Below the pieces are notes generated by a model, which saw only the letters and a list, made by a program, of their open reading frames with translations, made no database searches and was not told where the DNA came from. The translations under genes were made by a program, and so were the position numbers. A DNA stretch of 63,977 nt, filler included, from Octopus bimaculoides (lineage: Eukaryota): NCBI RefSeq assembly GCF_001194135.2. It is 4 parts of 4 records of this genome, joined end to end, with 100 filler letters (N's around TTAATTAATTAA, not from the genome) between each part and the next. Parts side by side here need not be neighbours in the genome. Positions count along the whole stretch, not along the records: positions 32,440 to 62,590 come from NC_068993.1; 3 more parts are not named here. One strand, written 5' to 3'. Below are positions 48,686-62,590 of this stretch, piece by piece; the stretch's first letter is position 1, and each line of letters begins with the position of its first letter.

Positions 48686-49831
48686 CTCCACCACATGCAC
48701 ACATACACAATATCACTCTCACACATCACACACACACCATTCCCACACTACACACACACACCACTCACACATACACACATGCACTACACACACACATACA
48801 CACACACATCACGTGTACACTACATATAATTAGGCAGAATTCTGCAATGTAATATCCAGGTTCAAATTCTGCCAAGGTCAACTTTATCTTTCATCCTTAC
48901 AGGTCGATAAATGTAAAAATAAAAATAAATAAAAAAAGTACCAATCCAGGGCAACGGATTAGCAAAACTAAAAACATCAGACCAGATGTCTTAGGCTATA
49001 TCTGTTCTACCTCTCTGTATTCTGAGCTCAAATCCCATTAAGAGGTTGGACTTAATCCATCACTTGATTTAACACCATCACCACTGTCTGGTATGTTGAG
49101 TGTCTTTACACCGAGGTCCACTTTGCCTGTCATCCTTTGGTGCATTTCTCTGGCTTACCAGCTCTGGTCAAACTGTCCAACTCATGACAGCATGGAAAAC
49201 AGGTGTTTGATGGTGATGATGATGACTTACCAATACAGACCACCACTAGTCTCTTTGGATCCTTTTTTCACCTGAAATATTTCTGATTGCTGACAAAATA
49301 TAATCACAAAATTTTATGTTCATTAAACCCAAAGTTATGAAAACTTCCGACTTTATCATCAACACCTTTTGGCATTTTTCAAGGAAGCAGTATGTCTGTG
49401 CTGGCTTAACATTAATCTGTTTCAGGTCAGGAACCCAGTGCCCTAACCCTCTGATACATGGAATAATTGTATGTTACTGTGTTTTTAATCCATCAAAATT
49501 GTTGGTCCTGGTCAGCATACAAGTTCTACTAAAACCACTTGAATATAGTCGACCCAGACTTGCACTCACAAGTGTACAGATTCTGATTGGTTTTTCTTTT
49601 AATTTCTCCTGATGAAGAAGTGGCTTATCATCCAACCAGCTTAATATTTAGGATATTCTTCTGAATAATTTTTTGGACATTCTGCTATTTCAGCATGCAA
49701 GTTCTAATAACATTAGTTCACATCCATAGGTGTTTAGATTTGTGGTTCTCAGTCTTTTTGATATCCAGTCCAGATCCAAAACCAGGGTTTCTTTTGGGAG
49801 CTGCATCAAAAAGAATAAAACACAAATCATC

Positions 49832-50190
49832 CATCATCATCATCATCGTTTAACGTCCGCTTTCCATGCTAGCATGGGTTGGACGATTTGACTGAGGACT
49901 GGTTAGCCAGATGGCTACACCAGGCTCCAATCTGATTTGGCAGAGTTTCTACAGCTGGATGCCCTTCCCAACGCCAACCACTCCGAGAGTGTAGTGGGTG
50001 CTTTTACGTGTCACCCGCACGAAGGCCAGTCAGGTGGTACTGGCAACGGCCACGCTCAAAATGGTGTATTTTATGTGCCACCCGCACAAGATCCAGTCCA
50101 GGGGCACTGGCAACGATCTCACTCGAAAGTCCTTACACATACATGGGCACAAGTGCCAGAAAGGCGACGCTGGGTACAGGTGCCATCTCG
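49832..50190 (-). mobile_element. SINE-like repeat family E with an (ATG)n tail (fragments also at 34735, 35570, 38270, 47400, 49140)
   Basis: (cat)n-cgtttaacgtccgctttccatgctagcatggg..ctacagctggatgcccttcc recurs across the window. Confidence 0.8.
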
Positions 50191-51489
50191 CAATTAAAAA
50201 AAATTTATTACACTTATAAAGGGAAGATTGTCAAGGGTCACATGTAGCCCTTGTAACTGTAGTTTAGAACCACTGGTTTAGGTCCTTTTATTAATTTCTC
50301 CTAAGGAAGACTGGGCATATCATTTAGTCTACTTCATTTTGGAGGATACCCTTAAGAGTATCTCAAAGTTTTTTGATTTTGTTTTGCTTCTAAACTACCC
50401 TTTTCTCACCCTGATAACTACCTCTCAGCTCTACAGTTGCCATGTTACTCCATGTATCTAATAACATGCAATTTAAAACCACCCACTCTCGTAACTCATT
50501 CTCTTGCGTGTTGTTTCTAAGTACTCATCATCACCAAGGCCTTATTACGTAAAACTATTTCATTGTGCGGAAAATGGAATATCCATTAATACTTTAAACT
50601 GTTTTTTTTAATATGAAAACACGCAACATTAAGAAATCTGATACAACACAACACTGCATCCATTTCCCATTCATAAAAGTGTTTAATTTATTAAAAAAAC
50701 AAAAATACATTGGCATAATAATGCCTTGCATAGTCTACACGTGACAGACATATATAAATAAACAGTGCAAAATAACCAAGAGAGAGGGCCACAGAATTTA
50801 CCCACATACCACATGTTTGCTGTCATTTAATTTTAAAAAAACTTGTAATTTCTCTTAAGCATATTGTAGTATTCTCATTAATCCATGTCCTTTTATTCTT
50901 TAAGCTTTTTTCCCCTTGAACTGCTGATCCCTTCAAAGTCACTATCATCGTCTTATTTCTCCTCAGGTCTATGATATTCACTCCTTTAAGCTTTCTGTCA
51001 ATCAACATCTTCGGAATTTATAGGCCCTCTTCTTTTTCTTCTTCATAGTCCCTTTTTGCTACAGTTACCTCAAGCCTTGTTTGAGACAAAATCATTAAAA
51101 AATATATATAATTTATAGCACCTCAAGTTCTAACAACTAGAATCACTCACACACATTGGTACTAAAAATTGTCAACATCAGGCACATTCTATGTTGAATG
51201 TTTGCATTTGGCACTTACAGTGTTCCATATATTTTGTGTTGTTTGTGTGTGTGTGTGTGTGGATGCTGGTGAGGTTCTATGTTGGCTAGATAACTCAGAT
51301 GCTGGTTTTTACGTCATATTTTTGCGTGGGGGGAGGGGGGAACAAGGTGTGACTGAGACGTGTGTACATTCTGTTTATGTTTCATAGGTGAAGCCTTGTG
51401 TTTGTTGTAAAAAGGCAAACGTGATGTGATGATGTTCATGGCCTTCCAGAGTGGTGTTTTCATTTTTGAAAATGGACAGAATATAACAC

Positions 51490-51862
51490 TGGTAACTCCG
51501 TCTGTCTGTCTATCTTTCTCTCTGTCTGTCTGTCTCTCTGTCTCTGTCTCTCTCTGTCTCTCTCTCTCTCTCTCCCTTCCTCTGTTTTCTCTCTCTCCTT
51601 TTCTCTGTTCCTGATTCTCTCTCTTTATCTTTCTCACTGTAATTTTCAAACACATGCACACACACACACGCATGCACATGCACAAACACATACATTCATA
51701 TACACACATACACACACACACTCACCCATGCACATACACTCACACACATGAACACACATACACACACAGGCACATACACACGCACGCACATGCACAAACA
51801 CATACATTCGTACACACATATACACACACATTCACACACATACACTCACACATGCACATACA

Positions 51863-51905
<43 letters not shown>

Positions 51906-53310
51906 ACACGTCCCTGCGTTGTGGTAGGTGTTCAGGTTCAAGTGTATTTGATACCTGAGTAGAGAAATTCTTTGGGTTGCTAAAGAATTTGATACCTGAA
52001 GAACTCAGGCGGAGAAAGATAATCAGATTACTAGGCACGCACACACACANNNNNNNNNNNNNNNNNNNNNNNNNNNNNNNNNNNNNNNNNNNNNNNNACA
52101 TTTGAAATGGTGTTTTCTTTGTCTTGTGTTCCTAAAGAAACATTTGACACTCTGTGTGTGTGTGTGTGTGTGTGTGGGTGTGGGCGTGCACGCGTGTGTG
52201 TGTGTATGTGTGTGTTTGTGATGTACAGAGAGACAAAGGTAGATAGATAAATAGATAGATAGAGAGAGAGATAAATAGATAGAGAGAGAGAGAGAGAGAG
52301 ATAGATAGAGAGAGAGAGAGAGAGATAAATAGAGAGAGAGAGAGATAAATAGATAGAGAGAGAGAGAGAGAGAGAGATAAATAGATAGAGAGAGAGAGAG
52401 AGATAGATAAATAGAGAGAGAGAGAGAGAGAGAGAGATAAATAGAGAGATAGATAGATAGACAGAGAGAGGGATAGATAGACAGACATAGATAGATAGAT
52501 AGAGAGAGAGAGAGAGATAAATTGAGAGAGAAAAAGAGAAATAGCATGAGTGAGGAACAGAGATGGGGGGTGGTAGAAGTGTCGGAGAGTAAGATATACT
52601 CAGCCTTACAGAGAAAAATATATTAGTAGATATTTACACAGAGGGGTATATATATAGAGAGAGAGAGAGAGAAATGGATTGGCTTGGATGTATCAAAGAG
52701 AGAGAGAGACTGTTTAAAGAGAAAAATATATAGGTTAGATACAAAAAGAGACAGAGAGTATGAGAGAGAGAGACAGAGAGAGAGAGTAACAAGTAGAAAG
52801 TTAAAAAGAACCCCTCCCCCTATCCACCCACCTACTGTATGTAACTTTTTTTTCATGTAAAAACACTTATTACACACAAAATTACAGATATTTCCACCAC
52901 TGCCACCGCCCCCCTCATCTATTTTGTTTCCAATTAAATCTTTATTAAAAACATGATCCTAATTGCTTTTTCTTTATGTCGTTTGTTGTCACCTTGTTAC
53001 TAACATTAACCATCATCATCATCATCCACTATCATCACCATGATATCATCATCATCACCACCACCATCATCATCATCCACTATCATCACCATGATATCAT
53101 CATCATCATCACCATCATTATCATCACCATGATATCATCATCATCATTGTTGTCGTCATCACCACCGCCAACACCACTTTCATTATCTTCGTTGTCATCA
53201 TCATCATCATCACCACCATTATCTCCATTATCACTATAACCATCAACACCACCGCCACAGTCATCTTAGCAATCATCATCAACACCATCATTATCATCAT
53301 CACCATCTGT
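51490..53310. repeat. Compound low-complexity block: (CT)n, cryptic (CA)n, (GA/GATA)n, cryptic (CAT)n
   Basis: Read directly. Confidence 0.93.
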
Positions 53311-53599
53311 GTGTGTGTGTTTTTTTTATGTATGTGTGTTGCTGTTGTTATTCTTTAGCCCCAGGCAAGCCTTGATCCACCAGACCTATGGCCATGGTCA
53401 TGAGACATTGCAGTCCTGATCATTTCCATCTCTCATCTAGAAACAGTGTATCTCCAATCACATTGCTAAATGTGTTCTTATATATTAGTATCATAAAGAG
53501 TAGTATGCCCATGATTTAGCTGCTATTTCTAACAGTTCAAAATGCCATGTAGTGGCTCAGCTTCTGCTAGCTTCAGAATCTGTACATCATCATCATCAT

Positions 53600-54661
53600 C
53601 GTGATGGAGGTCAAGTTTGTCTTTTGTCCCCTTGTGGTTGATAAAATAAAATACCAATCAATCTCTGGTATTGATGGTATTGGCTTGCCCCTCCCCTCAA
53701 AATTGGTGGCCATATGCCAAAATGGGAAATCGCTATAAAGGCTATAAATGGATTGACAGAATCGTTTAACACATCAAACAAAATGCTTTGCCGTATCTTT
53801 TCCGACATATGTTCCGAATTCAAATCCTGCTGAGGCCAGCTTTGACTTTCATCCCTCCAGTGTCAATAAAATTAGGTACCGGTCAAGTTCTGGAGGTGGG
53901 GGTCAATGTAAATGACTAACTCTCCCCTTCTCCACCACATGATCACATGACCAATCACGCTATCAGATGCTGGGCGCAATGAGCTTTTTGATTTTGCTTT
54001 AGCCCTCAAAAGACGCCACCCCACTGGTTAGGCGAGCAGGCCAACATCCCCCCCCCCACTGATCAAAAGGGGAAGTGGAGCAAATGTGAAATGAAGTGTT
54101 TTGCTCAAGAACACAACGCACCACCCAGTCTAGGAATCGAACCCAAAATCTAACGATCTTGAGTGTGACAGCCTAACCACTAGGCCATGCACTTGATTTA
54201 GAACCAATTATTATTATGTCAGTGAACTGGCAGAATCATTAGCTCATTGGACAAAAATGCTTGGAGGCATCTTTTCAGGGTTTATATTCTGAGTTCAAAT
54301 ACCACCGAGATCAACTGTGTCTTTTATCCTTCCAGGATCAATGCAATATTTATCAGTCAAGTACTGAGGTTGACTTAATCGACTTACCCCTTCCCTAAAA
54401 TTGCAGGCCTTGTGCCAAAATTTGAAACCATTATTATTATTATTATTACGGTCGCGAGCTGGCAGAATCGTTAGTACGCTGGGTGAAATGCTTAATGGTA
54501 TTTCGCCCGTCGCTACGTTCTGAGTTCAAATTCTGCCCAGATCAACTTTGCCCTTCATCCTTTCAGAGTCAATGGATTAAGTACCAGTTATGCACTGGGA
54601 TCAATGTAATTGACTAGTCCCCTCCCCTAAAATGTCACACCTTGTGCCTATACTAGAAAGG

Positions 54662-54729
<68 letters not shown>

Positions 54730-54965
54730 GGTGGCAAGTTAGCTGAATCGTTAGTGCTTTGGACAGAATAGCTTAATGACATTTCTTCTGACCTTTTTAC
54801 ATTCTGAGTTCAAATACCAGCAAAGTCAACTTTGTTTTTCATCCTTTCAAGGTTGCTAAAGTAAAATACCAGTCATGTACTGGGGAGAAGTCAATGTAAT
54901 CAACTTCTCAAAATTTCCTTGCCTTGTGCCTAAATTTCAACAACTTATTATTATTATTATTATTA
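53600..54965. mobile_element. SINE-B/SINE-D cluster including a head-to-tail trio of SINE-B (54220-54965, +) joined by (TTA)n
   Basis: Three successive head-core-tail-(tta)n units. Confidence 0.9.
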
Positions 54966-55111
54966 TTATTCTCCTCATCACCAGGAGCAAAAGTAGTGTG
55001 CTACTGCTGCTGGGTCTTTTCATTGTTGTCATTTATTGCTAAGATGGCTACTATATAGGTTTCTTATTGCAAAAATAAACATCAGACACTCTCTCTGTCT
55101 CTCTCTCTCTC

Positions 55112-55150
<39 letters not shown>

Positions 55151-55449
55151 CTCTCTCTCTCTCTCTCGTAGAACTTTTTATTATATATTGCTACTACTAT
55201 TAGTAGTATTAGTATTTTAAGAGAGTAAATATTGTAAATACATTATCNNNNNNNNNNNNNNNNNNNNNNNNNNNNNNNNNNNNNNNNNNNNNNNNNNNNN
55301 NNNNNNNNNNNNNNNNNNNNNNNNNNNNNNNNNNNNNNNNNNNNNNNNNNNNNNNNNNNNNNAGGGGGTAGACATGAAGGATAGAAAACTGTAAAGAATT
55401 CTTGGTTAAAGATAAATAGCTTTCATTCACATCATTTCAGGGTTTCCCA

Positions 55450-55702
55450 AGGTGAGATATACTTTCACACACACACACACACACACACACATATGCACAC
55501 ACACACACACAAATACACAAACATGCACACACAGACACACACACATATATATAGATACACGCACACATACACACACAGACACATATACACATATGCACAC
55601 ATACACATGCGTATATGTGTGTGTGTATATATGTACATACGTGTGTATTTATTTATATATATATATATGTACATACATGTGTGTGTTTGTATGTGTGCTG
55701 TG

Positions 55703-55760
<58 letters not shown>

Positions 55761-56225
55761 GTATATGTATGTATGTATGTATGTATATCAATTTATATCA
55801 GTATGTATACATATGGCTATGGTTGTGCTAGTTTGCCTTCACATGTATGTATATCTAATATATGTATACATATTCACATAGACACACAATGTACAAATGC
55901 TTGCATATGTACACATGCATATATATATGTGTATATACATATATATCTGTGTAGCAATATAGATGTGTGTGTGTGTATACTAATGCATGTGTGTGCATGT
56001 TAAAGATGTATAACACAGATATGATGATGTATAACATTTTCCGGTCATTCACTTTTGCTAATTATGATAACTGCATCAATGTCACTACATCGGCCACATC
56101 TCTTTAATCCTGATATGTGTGTATGCATGTGCATGTGTGTGTGTATATGAATGGATATGCATATATGTATGAATATATATATATAGATATATATATATAT
56201 ATATGTATGTATGCATATATGTATG

Positions 56226-56260
<35 letters not shown>

Positions 56261-56758
56261 GTTTGTATACATATATATGTATGAATATATAGTGTTTATA
56301 TGTTGTGTGAGTGTAGGTATGTATACTTGGTATGTATGTAGTTGTGTATGTCTGTATGCATGTAGGTATATGAATGTATGTATATGTATGTATGTATGTA
56401 TGTGTGTGTATACATAGACATGTAAAATATAATGTATGTAAACCGAAGCATGAATAATGCTTGATTGGGAATGGTAAGAGAAACCTCTGCCGTTTATTCT
56501 TTGTGAGTCACTGTGATAGACAAAACAAACCAGATTGCAGCATGGAGTATGGTTTCTGTAATAATACACGTACACACACAGATATAGACAGACATACACA
56601 GAGAAATACAAGCACAAACATTCGCTCACACACACACACATACATAGACATATCATTGTGCATCTTATACATAGTCTTACATACATACACACACTCGCAC
56701 ACACATAGATATAGACAGACATATACAGGTGTATACAGACATATGTACACATGCAAAT

Positions 56759-56789
<31 letters not shown>

Positions 56790-57079
56790 GATGTACACAG
56801 AGACAGACATGGTCTTGTGTCATATACATGCAAACACACATGCACACAGATATATCCATACACAGAAACATATATGTATTCAGATATTCCCATATTCATA
56901 GAGATACACAGGCAAACATATACATCCTAACACAAATATGCATATAGGCAGGCATACGCATAACCATACGTGCTTACATACACAAACATTCACATGCACA
57001 CACACTGACAGGCATAGATGGTTATATACATAGTCATGAATCATACGTATAGATGTATACAGGCATATGTATGTGTGTG

Positions 57080-57124
<45 letters not shown>

Positions 57125-57651
57125 ATATATATATATAATGTAACCTCGTGGGCATCGGTACCATTTTCCTCTTTCTCCGTTCTTCCATTCTCCGAACTTT
57201 CCATCTTTCCGACGAAGGGCTACGCCCGAAACGTCATACACTCTCTCTTTCCTTTCCTGAGTGTCCAATAATACTATCCATATCACGTCCTCACTTTGTT
57301 GTTTTTTTTGTTTTTTTGTTATTGTTTTTTTAACTATATATNNNNNNNNNNNNNNNNNNNNNNNNNNNNNNNNNNNNNNNNNNNNNNNNNNNNNNNNNNN
57401 NNNNNNNNNNNNNNNNNNNNNNNNNNNNNNNNNNNNNNNNNNNNNNNNNNNNNNNNNNNNNNNNNNNNNNNNNNNNNNNNNNNNNNNNNNNNNNNNNNNN
57501 NNNNNNNNNNNNNNNNNNNNNNNNNNNNNNNNNNNNNNNNNNNNNNNNNNNNNNNNNNNNNNNNNNNNNNNNNNNNNNNNNNNNNNNNNNNNNNNNNNNN
57601 NNNNNNNNNNNNNNNNNNNNNNNNNNNNNNNNNNGCATATGTATGTGTGTG

Positions 57652-57699
<48 letters not shown>

Positions 57700-58060
57700 A
57701 ATATATAGTGTTTATATGTGTGTGTGAGTGTAGGTATTCTACTTGTATGTGTGTAGTTGTGTATGTCTGTATGCATGTAGGTATACTCAAACATACATGT
57801 GTACAGCTATATACATATACACAAACCTTTTTGCATGCGTACATATATATATATACACAAACATTTTCTCACACACATTCATGCACACATCTGTATGCAT
57901 ACATTCATATGTAAATATACAAACATTTCCATATACATGCATACACACACACACACACACTCATAGATATACACACACATTCATGTGCATACACACTCAG
58001 ACATGCACATACACACACACGCAAACACACAAGTCTGCTCGGGCAGACACACATATAAGC
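55450..58060. repeat. Extended cryptic (CA/TA/TG) low-complexity region with local duplications
   Basis: Read directly. 56270-56375 is similar to 57690-57785, and 57062-57120 to 57636-57690. Confidence 0.88.
57145..57335 (+). mobile_element. Penelope-type terminal repeat fragment containing a degenerate hammerhead ribozyme-like core
   Basis: CCGACGA-A-GGGC(TAC)GCCC-GAAAC at 57209-57232, followed by a pyrimidine tract and T-rich tail. This layout is typical of PLE terminal repeats. Confidence 0.6.
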
Positions 58061-60104
58061 AGATGTAATTATACATTGGATAATGTAGTCCTAGATACAC
58101 TATGTCTGAATAATGAAACAGAATGGTGTCAGCTAGAAAGGTCTTGATCCTACGCCTGTTTGATTGGAGCCAATCTGGTACAGATCTACAAGAGCAAAGT
58201 CATGTAGCAAAGGAACATCTATGTGGTTTTCAGCCTGCTAGAAACAGCAGCCAAATTGCTTCAAACCACACCCTGTGTTGTTAAAAAAGAGAGGTCAAAG
58301 TATGATGGCATAATTAAGAAGCTTACTTTGTAATGACAGGGTTCCTGGTTCGGTTTTACTGTTTGCGCTTTCAGCAAGCGTCTTCACTATACCTCTGGGT
58401 TGACCAAAGCTTTGTGAGTGGTTCTGTTTGATGGAAACTGTGTGGAAGCCTCATGTGTGCATGTTTTTGTATTTGTTCCCACACTGCTTGACAACTGGTG
58501 TTGGTTTGTTTACGTCTGTAACATAGAACAAGTACCAGAGCTTAGGAGTTGATTTATTTGACAAAACCCAACAAGGTGATGCTCCAGCATGGCCTTTGTA
58601 TGCAGTTTGCCGAAAGAAAAAAGATAGAAAAACTGTCAGGAAGTGGTTATTTCTTGGAAACCTGAGATCATAGGTCTCTTTGGGGGATGACCTGGGGTTA
58701 AACAACAACAACAAAGCCTTTATGTGGTCATCTGACCTGTTAGAAATAGCAGCCAAATCACTTTTAAACCTCACGAAAAAATAGCAAGGCAATGGACGCA
58801 TTCATTAGATAATGTCATTCAAACTAACTACAGTTTAAATACCATTTGGGATGGCCATTTCTGGAGCAGTTTTAATCATGAGTCTCCTCTATCAAAGTGG
58901 ATGGGGGGGGGNNNNNNNNNNNNNNNNNNNNNNNNNNNNNNNNNNNNNNNNNNNNNNNNNNNNNNNNNNNNNNNNNNNNNNNNNNNNNNNNNNNNNNNNN
59001 NNNNNNNNNNNNNNNNNNNNNNNNNNNNNNNNNNNNNNNNNNNNNNNNNNNNNNNNNNNNNNNNNNNNNNNNNNNNNNNNNNNNNNNNNNNNNNNNNNNN
59101 NNNNNNNNNNNNNNNNNNNNNNNNNNNNNNNNNNNNNNNNNNNNNNNNNNNNNNNNNNNNNNNNNNNNNNNNNNNNNNNNNNNNNNNNNNNNNNNNNNNN
59201 NNNNNNNNNNNNNNNNNNNNNNNNNNNNNNNNNNNNNNNNNNNNNNNNNNNNNNNNNNNNNNNNNNNNNNNNNNNNNNNNNNNNNNNNNNNNNNNNNNNN
59301 NNNNNNNNNNNNNNNNNNNNNTGTGTGTGTGTGTGTGTGTGTGCATGTCTGTTTTTCCATATGTACACATGTGTATATGGTATGTATGTGTGTACATGTA
59401 TTTGTGAGCATGTGTATTATATGCACCAGTGCTTTTCGTATGTGTATGCTATGTGCATGTGTATGTAGTATGTATTTGTATGTATTTATGTATGTATGTA
59501 TAAACTATGTGTACAAGTACTTGTGTGTGTGTGTCTATTTGTGAATGTGTACACAGTGTGTATTTGTGTTGTATGTATATACTTTATTTGTGTACATTTG
59601 TATATATGTAAATGTGCTTTAATATATGTGTGTGTGGTGGGGGTGAATAGTTCATTTGTGTTGGTTCAGTTGTGTGTATGTATGTTTACTGGTACATATA
59701 TATATATATATATGAGTGTCTGTATGTATGCACATGTTTGTGTGTTTGCCTGTGTGTTTTCCGTTGCATGGATGCAATGGAATGTCTGAATTCATAAGGC
59801 TGGACATTTGGATTTTACGTATCTATATAAGAATGTGTGTGTGTGTGTGTATGAAAGTAGGTGTGTGTGTGTGTGTGCATGTGGATGTAGGAGTGTATGT
59901 AAGTGTGTGTGTGTGAGAGAGAGAAAGTAGAGGAACTGGATGTGTGTGTGTATCTGTTTACATTTGATGTCTGTTCTTGTACACTGTCTCCCAAACACTC
60001 ACACATACATACACACACACACATGTTTACTGGATTCGTTTTGACTTTTTCTTGGTTATGGTGATGATTATTGTTGTTGTTGTGGTTGTTGTTGTGATCA
60101 TTAT

Positions 60105-60570
60105 TATTGTGGCAAGCTGACAATCTGTAGCACGCTGGGCAAAACACTTTGCAGCGTTTTGTCTGTCTTTCCATTCTGGGTTCAAATTCCACCAAGGTTG
60201 ACTTTTGACTTTGTCTCTCATCTTTTTTGGGGTCAATAAATTAAGTACCAGTGAAACACTGGGGTCGATGTAATTGACTAGCTCCCTCCCCAACATTTGA
60301 AGCCTTGTACCTTATTATCAAGGTTTTTGTTGTTGCTGATGTTGTTGTTGTTAAGGCAGTGAGGTGGCAGAATTGTTAGCATGCCAGACAAAATATTTAG
60401 CAGTATTTCATCTCTCTTCGTGCTCTGAGTCCAAATTCCGCTGAGGTCAACTTTGCCTTTCATCCTTTCAGGGTCGATAAACTAAGTATCAGTTGCATAC
60501 TGGGGTCAATCTAATCGACTGGACCCCTCCCCAGAAATTTCAGGCCTCATGCCTAGAATAGAAAAATTAT
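60105..60570 (+). mobile_element. Two tandem SINE-B copies
   Basis: Family-B head, core and tail occur twice, separated by (GTT)n. Confidence 0.88.
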
Positions 60571-60684
60571 ATTTCATTATATATTTCTGTGTGCCACTCT
60601 GCAAACCCCTCTGTTGTAGTTCTTAACATACCCAACACCAGTGTATAGTTAGTTCTCTATATTAAGGGTAAAGAGGTAAAGACC

Positions 60685-61290
60685 CTCTTCAGTCACAAAT
60701 GACCATGGGATTGCACACAGAAAGTTCCCTTCCGAGGCACAAGTCCGGGCAAGGTTGTTTATGGAAGACCAGTAGTCATCCCTGCATGCCAGCCTCCCTT
60801 CTTCATGCCACTGATGTTACCCAAGAGAAAGGCAAAGGCTGATACAGCTTGGCACCAGTGACGTCACAACTCATTTCTACAGCTGAGTGAACTGGGCCAA
60901 CACGAAATAAAGTATCTTTCTTAACCCATTACCTACCTGTGATCTCATATGCGATCACTTAACAATTACCAATTTCATAATTATCTGTCAATATTTACAC
61001 ATATCTAACCTTTTTGCTCTATCTACTAGGTATATTTCTCCGATATTCAAATGAGGTTTGCTAATTTTTCACCCAATATCTCGCTTATTTCTATTTAAAA
61101 TGTTATTTTGATCATTCCAACATGTTTCTAAGGCTGTTTTATGCTAGAAATCAAAGTTTCATAAAAAGAAAATTCCAGTTAATAGAATTATGGGAGGTAA
61201 TGGGTTAAGAATACAACACACAACCCAGTCCAAGAATCGAACTCACTACTTTATGATTTGTAAGCCTGACACACTAACCACTGTGCCATG
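60685..61290 (-). mobile_element. SINE-D split by a MITE insertion
   Basis: The D body runs 60685-60924 and the D head resumes at 61205. Confidence 0.85.
60925..61204. mobile_element. piggyBac-type MITE, 280 bp, with a TTAA target duplication
   Basis: TTAA (60921-24)|CCCATTACCTACCT ... TGGGAGGTAATGGG|TTAA (61205-08). The TIRs match 10/10 then 12/14, with CCC termini. Confidence 0.9.
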
Positions 61291-62361
61291 CACCGTACCT
61301 TCACAGTTCTCTATATACCTCTGTATAATTCTCTATAACCTACTGCATAGTTCTGTACCACACAGTGAGACTAAACCCAAAACCATTTGGTTGGAAAGCA
61401 AACTTCTTAACCACACAGAGCCATACCAATGACTTTTAGTTCTCTTACTTGCAGGCATTATACTCTAAATATCTAAATTTTCAAAACAAAAAAAGAAAAA
61501 AAAACATTCTCTCATCTACATTAGCGCAAAGAAGGGAATATTAAGACGATAACAAAAATTAAATATCAAAAAAAAATACAAAGACAAACACACAAACAAA
61601 TCTACAAATTAAATGGAATAGCTGAGAATATATTCTGTGATAATGGAAAACATATACTGCTATTGAATTCAATATCCATTATAGATAATGAACTACAGTA
61701 GAATTTCAGAAAAATCAAAGACAGTGTACTTTCTAGCGCTTGCTAATAAAGTCATTAAACCTAGTGATGACATCAGCACAATATGGCTGCCAACTTGAAA
61801 GATAAAATTTCAATAACCTGAAATGGTAGCAATAATTATTCTTTATATTCTAGTCGTGTAGCGGATAAAGGTGTTACTGATCTTAGTTTAGTATGGTGGA
61901 AAGGTTTCTAGTTTGCTAGCATGGCACTGTGTAGTTGAGAAAAAAAAGCTTGCTTTTCAATCACATGGTTTCAGGTTCAGTCCCTTTGTGCAGAATCTTG
62001 GGGCAAGTGTCTTCTGCTGTTATAGGCTCATGTTGACCAAAGCCTTATGACGTTAATTTGGTAGACAGGAGCTAGAACCCTGCTGTGTGAATGTATGTGT
62101 GTGTATATATACACATATACATATATATATATATACACACATATACATACACACACACACGTATATATATATATATACCATTTTTAGAGTAGAATGTGAA
62201 CAATGTGAAATGAAGTGTTTTGTTTAATTTAAGTATATGATGTGCTACCTGATCTAGGAATTGAACCCACATCATTGTGATCATGCAACTGTCTACTTAC
62301 ATACACACAGATACTGCTTCACTTTTATATACACCAAACTACTACAGATATATTGACAAAT

Positions 62362-62517
62362 GGAGTGGCTGTGTGGTAAGTAGCTTGCTTACCAACCACA
62401 TGGTTCTGGGTTCAGTCCCACTGTCTGGCACCTTGGGCAAGTTTCTTCTACTATAGCCTCGGGTCGACCAAAGCCTTGTGAGTGGATTTGGTAGACAGAA
62501 ACTGGAAGAAGCCCATC

Positions 62518-62557
<40 letters not shown>

Positions 62558-62590
62558 ATATGTTTGTGTGTCTGTAGTTACCTCCACCCC
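62362..62590 (+). mobile_element. SINE family A, 5' half up to a gap
   Basis: ggagtggctgtgtggtaagtagcttgcttaccaaccacatggttctgggttcagtcccactg.. Confidence 0.92.

Noticed and set aside
49426-49468. 43-nt AG..GT bounded segment (SGTQCPNPLIHGII)
   Set aside because: It resembles a decayed reverse SINE head (gaaccc..ccctaacc), and the donor is weak.
49605-49640. CTGATGA hammerhead or box C-like motif
   Set aside because: No helix II or GAAA, and no box D partner with a terminal stem.
52976-53306. His/Ile/Met-rich ORFs
   Set aside because: They are cryptic (CAT)n repeat, open in several frames.
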